From: Squalus acanthias
Taxonomy: Eukaryota
Assembly: GCA_030390025.1 (NCBI GenBank)
Contig: CM059431.1
Location: 121,460,001-121,524,000 of the forward strand
Direction of reading: 5' to 3'
DNA length: 64,000 nt
Shown here: positions 12,152 through 25,207 of the stretch, one piece after another
Layout of the letters: every line of letters starts with the position of its first letter
Position numbering within the stretch: position 1 is the first letter of the stretch
Made by a program: the position numbers and the translations under genes
Notes under the pieces: generated by a model
Seen by the model: only the letters and a program-made list of their open reading frames with translations
Told to the model about the DNA's origin: nothing
Database searches by the model: none

Positions 12152-13036
12152 TTTCTTTTTATTTGTTTATGGGATGTGGGCGTCGCTGGCAAGGCCAGCA
12201 TTTATTGCCCATCCCTAATTGCCCTTGAGAAGGTGGTGGTGAGCCACCTTCTTCAACCACTGCAGTCCGTGTGGTGAAGGTCCTCCCACAGTGCTGTTAG
12301 GGAGGGAGTTCCAGGATTTTGACCCAGCGACGATGAAGGATCGGCGATATACTTCTAAGTCAGGATGATGTGTAACTTGGAGGGGAACTTGGAGGTCGTT
12401 GTGTTCCCATGCGCCTGCTGCCCTTGTCCTTCTAGATGGAAGAGGTCACGGGTTTGGGAAGTGCTGCTGAAGAAGCCTTGGCGAGTTGCTGCAGTGCATC
12501 TTGTAGAAGGTACACACTGCAGCCACGATGCGCTGGTGGTGGAGGGAGTGAATGTTTAAGGCGGAGGATGGGGTGCCAATCAAGCAGGCTGCTTTGTCCC
12601 AGATGGTGTCGAGCTTCTTGAGAGTTGTTGCAGCTGCTCTGATCCAGGCAAGTGGAGGTTATTCCATCACACTCTTTACTTGTGCCTTGTAGATGGTAGA
12701 AAGGCTTTGGGGAGTCAGGAGGTGAGACACTCGCCGCAGAATACCTAGCCTCTGACCTACTCTTGTTGCCACAGTATTTATGTGGCTGGTCCAGTTAATT
12801 TCTGGTCAATGGTGAACCCCAGGATGTTGATGATGGGGGATTTGGTGATGGTAATGTCAAGGGGCAGTGGTTAGACTCTCGCTTGTTGGAGATAGTCATT
12901 GCCTGGCACTTGTCTGGCGTGAATGTTACCTGCCACTTATCAGCCCAAGCCTGAACGTCATCCAGGTCTTGTTGCATGCGGGCATGGACTGCTTCATTAT
13001 CTGAGGAGTTGTGAATGTACTGAACACTGTGCAGTC
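12152..13036 (-). mobile_element. 5'-truncated non-LTR retrotransposon 3' end (CR1/L2 group, different family from the main CR1s)
   Basis: MQQDLDDVQAWADKWQVTFTPDKCQAMTIS (RT C-terminus); 3' end gggcaataaatgctggccttgccagcgacgcccacatccc plus A-rich tail. Confidence 0.75.
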
Positions 13037-13169
13037 CCATGAGCCTTTTGTAGCAAAGGAGCAGCCAACCACCTGTCACATTACTGGCCCTTAGTTTGTA
13101 CCTAGGACAAGCACTAGAGTACGAGAAAATGGACCCTTTTACACAATCAGGGCAAACATGATGTAATGA

Positions 13170-13480
13170 TGAAATAAAAACAGAAAATGCTGGAAATACT
13201 CTGCAGGCCAGGCACATCTGTGGAGAGAGAAACAGAGTTAACATTTCAGGTCATTGACCCTTCGTCAGAACTGGAAAAAGCTGGAGATGGAACAGGCTTT
13301 TAAGCAAGTGTAGGGGCAGGGAAAGGGGGGAAGGGAGGAAAGAACAAAAGGGAAGGTCTGTGATAGGATGGAAGGCAGGAGAGATTAAGAGACAAAAGGG
13401 ATGATGGTGCAAGACAAAATGAGATGGTAAATTGACAAGTTAAGAAACAAAAGTTGGCTCTAGATGAATTGTAAATGGCT
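13170..13480 (-). mobile_element. Penelope-like element terminal fragment
   Basis: Minus strand ...ctgacgaagggtcaatgacctgaaatgttaactctgtttctctctccacagatg...ccagcattttctgtttttatttca; same end at 31766-31828 and, degenerate, at ~25693. Confidence 0.6.
13236..13272 (-). ncRNA. Minimal type-I hammerhead ribozyme motif (probably degenerate) in the Penelope-like end
   Basis: agtt-CUGACGA-agg(g)tc/aat/gacct-GAAA-tg-UU-aact: core boxes, stem II and a 4-bp stem I; the expected palindromic stem III (AACGUU) reads AAUGUU. Confidence 0.5.
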
Positions 13481-13710
13481 CAGCGCTGACAGACCCGACA
13501 TTTGGTAAAGGCGCATGACGGCGGTTTGACAGTGGGTTCCCGACCCGCTTGGGAAAAAAAACACTTTCCCACCCAACCCACCACCGATCATGCCTGCTGA
13601 CCCCCTGCAAAATCCAGCCCTTTGTGTTTCTTGTCTTAAAAGAGCGTATGCATTTATGAAATGCTGTGTTATTCATTGAGATTATAGTTATAGAGGAAAG
13701 AGCGTACTTG

Positions 13711-14180
13711 GAAAAAGAAAGTATTGCATTTATGTAGCACCTTTCATGACAACCAGACGTCCAAAGCGCTTTACAGCCAATGAAGTACTTTTTGAATGTA
13801 GGAATGTTGTAATGTAGGAAATGCAGCAGCCAAAGTCGCCCACAGCAAGCTCCCACAAACAGCAATGTGATAATGACCAGATAATCAGTTTTTGGTGATT
13901 TTGATTGACGGCTAAATATTGGCCAGGACACCGGGGATAACTCCCCTGCTTTTCTTCGAAATAGTGCCATCGGATCTTTTACATCCACCTGACAGAGCAG
14001 ACAGGGCCTCGGTTTAATGTTTCATCTGAAGGATGGCACCTCAGACAGTGCAGCACTCCCTCAGCACTGCACTGCATTGTCAGCCTAGATTTTTATGCTT
14101 AAGTCTCTGGAGTGGGTCTATGAACCCACAATCTTCTGAGTCAGAGGCAAGGGTGCTACCAACTGAGCCACAGCTGACAC
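13711..14180 (-). mobile_element. tRNA-headed Deu-domain SINE, second copy
   Basis: Colinear with 11591-12029; head gtgtcagctgtggctcagttggtagc. Confidence 0.8.
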
Positions 14181-16634
14181 TATTCATTTAAGCAGATGAT
14201 TATGACTTGCAAAGTCACGTAAGTCCAAAGAGATCCGATGTGATGTGCTAGAATGGATTGAAAAATTTGTCATTTATCTGAAGATGGGGGGAAAAAAGTT
14301 TTGAAATTGGTGACAAAGAGTGTTTAAGAGACGAGAACAATTCAACAACAACAACTTGTATTTATATAGCGCCTTTAACAAAGTAAAACATCCCAAGGCA
14401 ATTAATTGATAAGTTGTGTCCTGATGCCACTTGCAGTTGTAACTGAGGAATCTGCTGAGTGACAATCCTCCCAATGCTCCATTATATGTCAACTGCTTTC
14501 AAAGCAGCTAGGGCCACTTCCCCAGGAATCGACACGTTCAGGCCTTTTTGAATGAGAAAGCTGTGCAGGGCCTAGCAAAGTACAAGTATGTGGAAAGCAT
14601 GATCTGGAGCATATTATAAAGCCATTTCTAATCTATCAAGACAGCAAATTGGCTCTTTAAGACCCTGATGGTGTTCTCAATGCCCACCCTTTTAAAGGAA
14701 TACACTTCATTGTACCGCCCTTCAGAAGCTGTTCCTGCAAATCTAAAGAGGAGCATTATCCATGGCAGCAAGGGGTAAGCCTTGTTACCTACAAGCCACC
14801 CGTCCATTTGGCTATCTTCTTTGAAGAGCTAAAGAAGGGCATAAAGTCTTGACAATTAAAGCATTAAGGCCTAAATTCCTTAGTGCCTTAAACTGGGCAT
14901 GATTCCAGAGGTGTGCAGTGATGGAGAGCCGAAATGGAGTGGCACGAGGACCAAACTAAATTTGTGCTTGAGCGTCATCATAATAAATCAGGCAAGATGC
15001 GGGCGCCAATCAGGTATCCGACGCAGCTCGCCTGTCGGGGCCTTTAAATTTCTATCCATACCTACAGGAAAATCCGGGGTGGGGGGTGGGTACTAGCAAA
15101 TCTGATATCCACATGAATGATTTTTTGCGTTTGGTCACGCACAATCTGAATATCCAGCAAGTGATGCCACTTTCTTTAAGAGCGTTGACAGGGTTAACTT
15201 TAGAAGCTCATAGTGGTATGTCAGTGCTATCTATTGCAGCCTGCACTTTAAGGAAACAAGAAAAATGATACAACTGAATGACCCTTTTATGCTGCTCCTT
15301 TGCTGTCATGCTAAACCGGATGTTTTTCTTCAGCTCTCCTGAAGAGTGTCATTTACCTGACAAATACATGTCTGGATGGCATTATGGGTGATATTGCACA
15401 GAATTCCCACAACTGCTTAAAATGAGCCTGTGGGTCGTAACTTTGACAACCACAGACAGAGCTATCCGGGCAGATGATCTTGGCCACATGTCTTCATATA
15501 TTAGCTGGCACAGTTCCCCTATTGAGTCTTTGGTAAGTGCACTCTTCTAACATTTAGTGCCTCAGTCAGGTCTCATAGGATATTTGTGGCCTATAAATCT
15601 TGTTGCGGGGGCGGGAATAATATCTTGCAACACCGTCTCGCCCACTTTTCTTCTATCCAGCTTTCTTCTGCTTCCTCCTCCATTAAAATTGAAAACCAGG
15701 GAACACCCATTAGGAATCCCATACCTGGTATTCAGAACCTCATTACCGTAGTAGGGAGCTAAATATTTATCTGTCTTGTCAGAGCTATCAGAGGCAAGTC
15801 CACCGCAATGCAAGAAAGAGTAATTCACTTTGATCAGCCTCAGCTGATACTGACAATGGGCATTTCTGCTTTATTTTCTATTAAGTTAAGTGCAAGTCAT
15901 TGGATTTGGGGAACTCCAACACAGTTCTTCTTCATTATAATTCATAGAAATAAGCTCCCAGTCACATTGGTGAATACACAGGGGAAGGCCCCAGAACACA
16001 CCACAAACTACAGTGCAGCCATTACAGGGTGGAAACCTGACGGAATCTACCTACAGAACACCCCAAGGACACATGTTATCAACTAGAAACTCACCAAAAC
16101 CAGTGAGTAAATTCAGGGCCATCACTTTTTAAAATAAATTCGTAGCTGCTCATCGTTTAAGTATAGTAGCCAAGTTAACACGGCAGTATGTATTGATAAA
16201 TGTATATCATCTTGCTTAGAGCAAGCCGTCAAAGAGTATAGTTAAACTAAATTATTTGAAACAGATTTTATTTTAAAGTTTGCAAGGATAAAAAAAGATA
16301 TGATCCTGTAAATAGTTAAATGAATAGGTCCTTTTAATTTCATGCTCAACGTAGTAGGCGCGATCTCCTCTGTTACCCTTTCTAAGTGCATCGGAGAAGT
16401 CAACTGGAGATATTCATGACTAAATCAGGCTTGGATTTTATTTTCATTCTGTCAGTCAGAGCTTGGGGCTGCGTTAATATTTGAAGTGCACATTTTTCTT
16501 GACCTTCAAGCTCCAGTCACCGGTAAAAGTCGTATATCATTTCTATTTAATCTCCACAGATGGATGTGATATGGTGACCAGAGAATACCCCTGCCTTCCC
16601 CAAAGAAAGTTCATGTAATTGGAATAAGAAGCTA

Positions 16635-18416
16635 GGCCGCGATTTCGCCGACCGAGGCGGGTCTAGGGCGCCAGGGTCGGTGTCGCGGTCCCAGCCCGCT
16701 GCCTACTGCAGCACGCACTCTCCAAGTGATTTTACATTGATTGGGCTTGTTAAGCCCGCCCAGCGAGGTTCCCGGACAATTAAAACGAAGCGGGTCTGAT
16801 GACGTCAATTGATGACGTGTCAGCAGCCAGTTTCCTTAAAGGGGCCATGTCCAAATTGACTTTGACAGTTGTGCTGTCAGTGTTCTACAGCATTGAGGTG
16901 CTGCAAACAATGATTGCATAAAGGTGCACGGCTACACCCAGGCTCTCCCATGACTGTCTCCATATGCTTATGGAGGGAGTCACAGCACGCAGGGAGGTTC
17001 TCTTCCCTTCCAATGGACGGAAGATATCTCCCCAGGAGATCAACACAGCCTGGTTGCACATTGCACAGGAGGGCACAAGCAGGGATGTCGTCAGGAGGAC
17101 CAGGCTGCAGTGGCGCAAACCTTTCAATGATCTCAGTAGATCACGAAACGTTACTGCAAAGCCACACTCAACCTCATCCTGCTGTGCCACTCATCACATT
17201 CCCATCACTCTGCCTTCCCTACCCTACTCCTGTACATCTTTACTCATACCAACTTACCTTGCACCTCCAGCCATCCCTCTCTATCTACATTATAACTTCC
17301 CCATCTCACTAGCCACCACGCACATTCACCCTCATCCTACTGCAAGCATACCAACTAACAACACATAAGGGTAGGCACTTGGGTGGTTTAGCCAATGTTC
17401 ATGTGAAGTTTCTGTTAATGTGCTGTCAAACATTGAAATCTTTATTTTCAAAACTTTGCGTTCTTGGACAGATTTGTGTGCACCTTTGGAAATGGCTTAG
17501 TGAGTTGCAGTGAATGGTGAGACATAACGGTACCCCCCGCAATGGTGATGAGTGTGATTGGAATGTCTTGGGCATTGTAGGGATGCTTTATGGTGTTGGT
17601 GTGGGGTGGTGCCAACCTGGTGCATCATGTGGCAGCCAGGGTGTACAGTGTCAAGTGAAGTAAATCTGGCTATGGTGAGGGCATCCCTGGTGTCTCGGGC
17701 AGAAATGTGGCCGGGTGCTGATGCCCTGTGTCCTGTGCAGCATCAGTTGATTGCGGAGAAGGTTGGTGTTGTTGTTGGTGCTGCTGGTGTGCCTGGTGCT
17801 GCTGGTGTTGGGGCTGATCGTAGTGGGATTCTGAGGACTAAGGTGAGATATTTTCAAGGGCGCCGATGCTGATGGAATAGATGGCAGGTGAGGTTGAGAT
17901 GACAGAAGCGATCTGTCAATGGTGAGAGAGATTGTTCCAATGAGGTGTCACTGGATAGAGAGTTTGCTCCAAACACTTGCTAGCTTCATAAAGCTCAATC
18001 TGTCTTCCAAATGCAGTAAGTAACAGCTTCTGAGCTTGGAAAGTGAAGGCCTACGAAATGGGAGCTTTCATAGACAATTTGCAGCTGTCAGGTTTAGAAA
18101 TCATCCCTTGCTGACCAACACCCGACCTCCTTACCTGACGTGATCCCCGAGCAGCAGGGAAGCCGTTGGCGAACTCTAAAAATCTAAAGGTAAGCTTAAA
18201 ATAAAGCTTAATTGCCTCTTAACAATGCATTTAATTATCTAAATTGTCTCCCCCGCTGCTTGGTGTTGGGTCTATTCTGAGCTGACAGACCCGACACCTG
18301 GGAGACTTACGTGGAGGCGGCTTGACAGCGGATTCCTGACCCGCTGTCAATCTTTTCTATTTTGACAGCTGCCCCGCCTCCGATCCCGCCCTCTCAGTGG
18401 CAGTAAAATTCTGGCC
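16635..18416 (+). mobile_element. Non-autonomous Harbinger family C (~1.78 kb), copy 1, carrying a Myb/SANT exon remnant
   Basis: TIR GGCCGCGATTT / AAATTCTGGCC, TSD CTA; two more copies at 38750 and 51221. Confidence 0.8.
16925..17145 (+). pseudogene. Harbinger Myb/SANT (trihelix, NAIF1/MSANTD-like) exon remnant
   Basis: PRLSHDCLHMLMEGVTARREVLF...AWLHIAQEGTSRDVVRRTRLQWRKPFNDL fits the PRFS..L..L...W..IA..V.....RT..QCRKKFNDL pattern. Confidence 0.7.
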
Positions 18417-20231
18417 CTAGTTACAGATTGAAGGCATCACCTCAAGTTCACTGACGATGACGTTAGTAGTGCGGCAATAGCTCAGTGAGCTTATCTAGTG
18501 AGTAGTTAAGCTATACTGGATCCATAAAGTTCCCAGTTTCAATCCCCATTCTGTGTTGAGTTAGCTGAGCCCATGCAGTTGGGTGGAAAAAATGGCCAGG
18601 ACACCACTGAATTAGAGAAGGGTTCACACTTTTGTTTTCTGCTGGGAGCATGGGCATTGGGCAAAGACAGAATTGGATTTGAAATTAATGGCCACAATGA
18701 TCTTGTAGCCTGTCGACAATGATTGTCCAGGCTTGCATATGAATAATGGCAATTTGGGTCATTAAAGGGAGAAAATTGTTGAGAAGAATAAAACAATATA
18801 TAAACCAAATGTAACATCATAGTAAAGTCAGATGAAAGCTGGCATGTTTGATTACGACCATCCCTGGCTTTTTAATATCAATTAGTTGATAACATTTCTG
18901 CTGCTTAGCAATAGACTGTGGAGAAAAGGTGAATGAAAGAAAGCCAAAGGCCAATTAATTATACTGGAAAGCAGTGGGTAACAGATAAGGGATATAAAAA
19001 GTTTGGGATGAGAGAATGTTGTTTGACCCATCAGTCTGTCCCCTCTACTGCCCATGTGTAAATTTTCTTAATATGAACTGTATCCAATTTATACAATCTC
19101 ATGCGGGAAGCAGCCAATCCCCCACAGATAAACATCTAACAAGATAAATCTGTGTAAAATATACTCCAACCTCCCTTGGTAATCAATGAAAACTCCAGAA
19201 TCTTGCAATATGATTGAATAAATTCCTCAGAGGGTAGAATAAATTCAAAATAGAATGGAAAATGAGCTCTAATGCTCAGAAAAATATAACAGAAATATTC
19301 ATATTAACAGAAAAGATACGCATCATTTGAATTAGTTTGTATTCTGTGCAAAGATAAGTCTGAAGTATTTTGACATAATCACTTATACCTTTAAAGACTT
19401 TTCTGTTAATCATGGGTAGAATTATCACCAGGGAAAGAGCAGGAAGTGGGACTAATTGGATAACACTTTCAAAGAGCCAGCCGAGGCACGATGGGCTGAA
19501 TGGCCTCCTTTATCATTTTATGATTCTATTATGTAAAGTAACGTGAAAAGCTGAGTTTTTGTGTATCTTGAGTTTTTGAATAAACAAACCTGTTTTCCTT
19601 GGCTTTGTAGAAAGGTTTACTTGACTGCTCATTGATCTGTGGTTGAAATATGTCAGCCCTACAACTTCAAAGGTGGTGCAAATCCCTCCAGCACCCATGC
19701 TGTCAGTTGCAGTTCCATGATTCACAAATGACATGGCACCACCTTGGGATCGAGAGAGGCACAGCAATCAACAATGTAGTTGTTAATAACTTGGCACACC
19801 ATTTACTTATAAATTGCATTGTTTGACATCATTGGGGAAGCTCAGATTTTCTGTTAACAGGGCAACATTTCGTTATGGGGGACAAGATGTTACCCCTGAG
19901 ATAGAGGGTGATTGTCAATGTCAGCGTTGCTGGCACCTTCTGTGCAAGGCAAGGTGTTCGGTCATAATGTATTCAGCGCATACTTAAGTGACAAATCATT
20001 CTCCAATTGCCACACATTTGTCCAAACTGCGTTTGTCCTAATTCAAAGCTTACGTGGTACAAATCTGCATTTATCTGATTTAGATAATAAAAACGTAGGT
20101 CAGTAATTCTGAACTTAAGGGTAAATTCAGTGTTTGCCACACATCATTCTCTTTATAAGATCAATCACAGAATCATTAGCTTCAACATCAGTGCTCTGTT
20201 TGCTGATTGTAAATTAGTTCTCTCAGTTTTT

Positions 20232-21194
20232 TATTCCACAGTTATTTAATTAACTGAATTTAAATTTCCCAGCTGCCATGGTGGGATTATGAACTCATGG
20301 GGGTGATTTTGCCAATGGGAAGCTTTTGGAGGCGGGACTCCCACCTGGCAGGTTTCAGTCCCGCCTCCAACAACTTCTGGCCAACCCACGCTATTTTTCC
20401 TTGATTGACCTTGTTAAGCCCGCCCAGTGGAAAGGAAAGCCAATTGCAGAGAACGTCAATGTATGACGTTTCATCTGTCAAAGATTATTTAAAGATGAAT
20501 TGTCATCGTTTGACAGCTCTGTGAAGCTGTCAAACAGTAACATTCTCTGTAGTTTGATGAGGTCTTGAATTCAAGACCTCATCAAACATCTTTCTTTTGC
20601 AGAAATGAGATGGTTGTTGCATCTGAGAATGCAACGGCCATCTGTCATCTCTAACGCGGAGGTGCGAGACTCTCCGCATACACACCGACTGAAGACTGCA
20701 GGAAGAAACAAAGGTAAGTACACTTTTTCTAACACTTTGCACTTACCTCAGATACTCACCTCTCCACACTTGCACCCATCACTTATCTTCACACCACACT
20801 TTTGCACCCCCCCCCCCCGACCCCCGCAGACCCACTACTCGCCTTGCTGACCTGGCGGGTTTCGGAGCCTTCGGGAAGCCTGCACTTGTGAGGGCAAAAA
20901 GGGGATAATCCTATTTTCTGCCTGTTAAGTACCTGTTAACAGGCAGTTAATAGGTTTTCATCCCTTCCCGCCTCCAAGGAGATGGGACCCGGTGTGGGAC
21001 GGCTACCCGTCTCCTGGCAAGATGGCATGGAGGCGGGTTGGGCACCCACCCTCAAATTCTGCCATTTTCTCGGCAGTCCCGCCTCCATACCAGCCTCCCC
21101 AGGGCTGGCATTTTCGCGCCCCATGTCTCTGGATCATTAGTCCAGGCCTCTGGATTACTAGTCCAGTAACATAACCACCATGTTACCGTACCCC
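20232..21194 (-). mobile_element. tRNA-derived SINE head, split by MITE A copy 3
   Basis: Flanks rejoin on the minus strand as gggtacggtaacatggtggttatgttactggactagtaatccagagg...catgagttcataatcccaccatggcagctgggaaattt. Confidence 0.6.
20299..21121 (+). mobile_element. MITE family A copy 3, complete
   Basis: Colinear with 366-1204, imperfect TIRs, TSD CAT. Confidence 0.85.
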
Positions 21195-21296
21195 TGTAAT
21201 TGATGGGTTACTTCAGCTTTTATTCTGGGATTTTAGTTTTAGGTTCCTTCTAAGGCAGCAATGCAAAAAATTATTTTGGCCTCAGAAGTAAGTTGT

Positions 21297-21989
21297 GGGC
21301 TGGATTTTGATACTGGGGCGGGTTGGGGTCGTGTCATCCACTTTTCGTGTTATCCACCCAACTGCAATTGGATGTAGGAGATTGATGCGATTTTCACCTA
21401 ATTGGGCAATTGAGTTCCAGCATGTGGGAACCCATGAACCAATTAGTGTTTTCAGTCTGAAAGTCGCCTCTGATGATGTCATCATTGCTGCTGCATTGAA
21501 GGTCTGCAAAGACTGCCTGGCCTTTGCTGTGAGAGGACCTGGATGCAAAATGAACAGCAGCAGCCCTAAGTCTGCTCCCAGATATTTTTGCACCACCACT
21601 CCCAGATATGTCTATCCATCCATCCATCCATCCATCCATCCATCCATCCAGCCAGCCAGCCTGCCTGCCTGCTAGTCAGCTATCCAAATGTGCTCCCGCC
21701 AGGTTTCACATTCGTGGTTCAGAACTGGCATGCTTCACGTAGAAAAAGGGTTAAAATCACAAAGGCCTTTCAAAATGGCATTATAGAGGCAATTTAGTGC
21801 TTGTTAAGGGCCTTAACAGCCTATCCCGCCTCTTAGAGGCGGGACAGAGTCGGTACCAGCAGACACAATTTAATGAAAATTGAGTGGAGGCGGGTTGGAG
21901 GCGGACTTGTGCCCGCCCGCCAGTTTTCGCAATTTTAACCCCCCACATGCCTCCAAACCCGCCTCCACGGGTCAATGAAAATCCAGCCC
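21297..21989 (+). mobile_element. Harbinger-type MITE family D (~700 bp), copy 1
   Basis: TIR GGGCTGGATTTT / AAAATCCAGCCC, TSD TGT; second copy at 49510-50208. Confidence 0.85.
21613..21672. repeat. Compound microsatellite (CCAT)n(CCAG)n(CCTG)n inside MITE D
   Basis: Read directly. Confidence 0.9.
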
Positions 21990-23104
21990 TGTGTCTTTTA
22001 TGATATATCAAGGGTAGAACATATGATGCATTCTCTTCAGATTTCAATATAACGGTTTCTTTTACTGTTGTGTTCTTTCAAACTGTAGTTTGGATTTTCA
22101 ATGAATGTACATCAGTAACAAACCTTGAAGATTCATGACCATAAGAATGACAATGGATTAAAAGTCATCAGACCATTCTGAGCTTTTACTATTTCAGAAA
22201 TTACACAGAGAAAGAGGAGGATAAACCATTCTCTTTCTCTATCTGAATTAACAGTTCTCTTGAACTAACTTTTTCCAAACTTTTGAAAGAAAAGCAAACT
22301 GAATCCAGTCTCTTTGATAAGGAGCATGCTATTTTAAGCACCAGGAAGCAGGATTCAGGGAAGTACCACATCACTTGGGGAAGGGACAACACAGAATCAT
22401 TAGATCCAGTACTCTCCCAAAACCCAAACAGAATGGTGCTCCTGCAATATTTATAGATGGGGTGTGCACCAATTACTGTGAATAGTACCCTAGAAAGGAA
22501 GACTATATTTGAAGAAATTTGACTTTATTTATCTTTGATTGTACCATTCCCTACAGTTTCTAGATCTACACAGACCTTGGCGACAGCAGCACCGGAACCA
22601 TATACTCTAGATGCCACCAACTCTGATCAGATCACCTGACTCTCAATGTGCATTTGAATTATATAGGGTATACGGCACAGAAACAGGCCATTCGACCCAA
22701 CCAGTCCATGCTGGTGTTCTCAAATTGCATACTGCCATGGAGAAATAAATAGCCTCCTCTGCAAGAGTGGTAAAGTTGCTGAATTCCTAGTATCTGGTTA
22801 TTGCTAAACTCTCTATTCTGCTATTGGAGGCCCTCCCATCCAGTTACAGCACCATGTGAACTTTCCTCCCCAGTGTCAGTGATTATTGATGAATCTTCAC
22901 CTCACATTGTGTTGTGTTCAGAAATACCTGTCGCTTGGTTGAATATATTCAAGTGATCAGAAGAGTCGGTTAGTTCTGATTTAAGTAAGCATTAAATCTA
23001 ACTGGTAAATGAACCAATTGGGTGAGAACATTAGTAAAATGAAGGAGAGTGCAGAATGGGCAAGGTTGTATGTCATTTTTGCTTGGCTGTAAAGTTTCGA
23101 GATC

Positions 23105-23600
23105 TCTGCACTTCTCCAATTCTGGCCTGTTGCGCATTCACGATTTTAATCGCTCTACCATTCAGCTGTCATGGCCCTAAGCTCTGGAATTACCTCTCTA
23201 AATCTCTCTGCCTCTCTACCTTTTCTGACTTTATTTATCTTTGATTGTACTATTCCCTACAGCTTCTAGATTCACACAGACCTTGGTGACAGCAGCCCCA
23301 GAACCACATACCCTAGATGCCACCAACCCTGATCAGACCAGCTGACTCTCAATGTGCATCTGAATGTTCCCAAATTGCATGCTGGCATGCAGAAATGAAT
23401 AACCTCTGCTGCAACAGTGGTAAAGTCTTTTAAGATGCTCCTTAAAACCTACCTCTTTGACCAAGCTTTTGGTCATCTGTCCTGATATCTCCTTCTGTGG
23501 CCCGGTGTCAAATTTTGACCGATAACGCTCTTGTGAAGTGCCTTAGGACGCTTTGCTCATTTTATAGGTGCTATATAAATGCAAGTTGTTGTTGTTGTTG
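23105..23600 (+). mobile_element. L2 LINE 3' end, interrupted by a 200-bp duplicated segment
   Basis: FSCHGPKLWNYLSK...FKMLLKTYLFDQAF; tail tgtgaagtgccttagg...gctatataaatgcaagttgttgttg. Confidence 0.75.
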
Positions 23601-25207
23601 TGCATGTTGGCAATTGAAATCACGAATCAGAAGAAAGATAATTGTTTTGATTAAAAAAATTATGGAAATCCTCACTGTGGTGGACTTGATCTTCTGAATC
23701 ATTAAAAGGTGTACCACAGGTTGGATGGAGTAATTAAGTAAACTACATTTGGCCTGTAGGTCATATTTTATGCAACATTGCTCTAAGGCATCATGACACT
23801 GAAAACAAATGATAGGCTAGTACAGCATTATTACGTCAGCAGAAATTCTTCACATCAATATTTAATCATCAAGACATCTGTGCCCCAAACCTTCAAATCA
23901 ATAAAAATCATGGGAGCATTTAGCCCTCTAATTTTATCAATGTTCGATTTCTCTTATTTTACATTGAAATCATGTGAAAATATGTTGAGCATTTCATTAA
24001 TTAAAGTAATAAGACCCGGACAACTGGATTGGAAAGAACACAGAGGGAGAACCAGTTTATATCATTAGCTATCAAAGCAAATTCAAAGTTTATTTGGCTA
24101 GCATCAAATAAAATCAAAGTAAATCTCCTGTGCATCAAAAAGCTCTTGTTGTACAAAGTAAAATGGTGTTTTTCAGACATGTCTAGAAAGCGTTTCAGAG
24201 CTAGATCTGTAACTACAAATGGACTAGTTTCACTAGAGTCAGCTCGTTAACTGTTCCTGGCTCTGGACTGCTTAGAGTTTCAACCTCCACCTGAGGCACT
24301 GAAGCTAATACTTAACAGTTATAGCCCTTTATTAATGAAACTACACAGTTAAATGTACTATCTTTCTAATGAAAATGAATGATCAGAGCCATCTTCAAAG
24401 TGAATAAATCTTGGGGGAAAAAAACAGTTCAATACCATTCTCACATTTATTGAAATACTGTAAAGAAACTAACAAAGCACTTCCACACAACATTTGAAAA
24501 GCATAATTTAACTGTAAACAGCACAGCACTGTTCTGTGATGTCTATAATCATGTTATTTGAGCTCGATTTGTTACAGGTATTATACGCAGTGTGGGTGAA
24601 ATTTCATTGGGGTTCTCCCGCTTATCTGGGACTTTGGTGGAAGAGGCATGGAAACCCCAGAGTAATGTCAGAAACATCATGGTATTTCCAGCTCTAGGAC
24701 GTCTAATTGATACCAAATTCAGCAATTTGTTGCTTCCGTAACATGGTATCGAATCTTCCAGCAATGTGGGATGCAGAGCATATTAAATTGAAGTATTTAT
24801 TTGATTCATATCATCTTGCATAGCTCTAGAAAAAACATTGTCTGCTGAAAGACCTCATTACCTATATGTCAACTGTTAGCATTTCATGCTGCAATGCTGG
24901 CACGTGGACTGGTCCCCATTCCTGTCGATGCTGCTCCTACCATTCTTGCAAAAATCCTGGCCTCTGGGTCTGTATGTAGTGAGCAGAAGTAGCAGCAGGA
25001 AGAGAAGGAGCGACTCTATTAACTGACGAAGAGGGAAAAGAAGCAACTTTAACTGAAGAGGGTAGGGGTGAGAGGCAGCAATATCTGAGTAATGGGAAGA
25101 ATCCCACCAGCAACTGAGCAGGGTGCAAGAAAGAATGTTATCATTAACCAAGGGGGAGAGGGTGATACCATTAACTGTGGAGGAATAACATTAATGAGGG
25201 GATGTGT

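Noticed and set aside
15334..15532. Plus-strand segment bounded by ttttcttcag and gtaagt
   Set aside because: Stops in all three frames
17558..17872. Recurring HQQHQQQ / VVGAAGVPGAAG ORFs (also 39113-39544, 53276-53588)
   Set aside because: They recur because they lie within family C copies; frames differ between copies, so no conserved protein is supported
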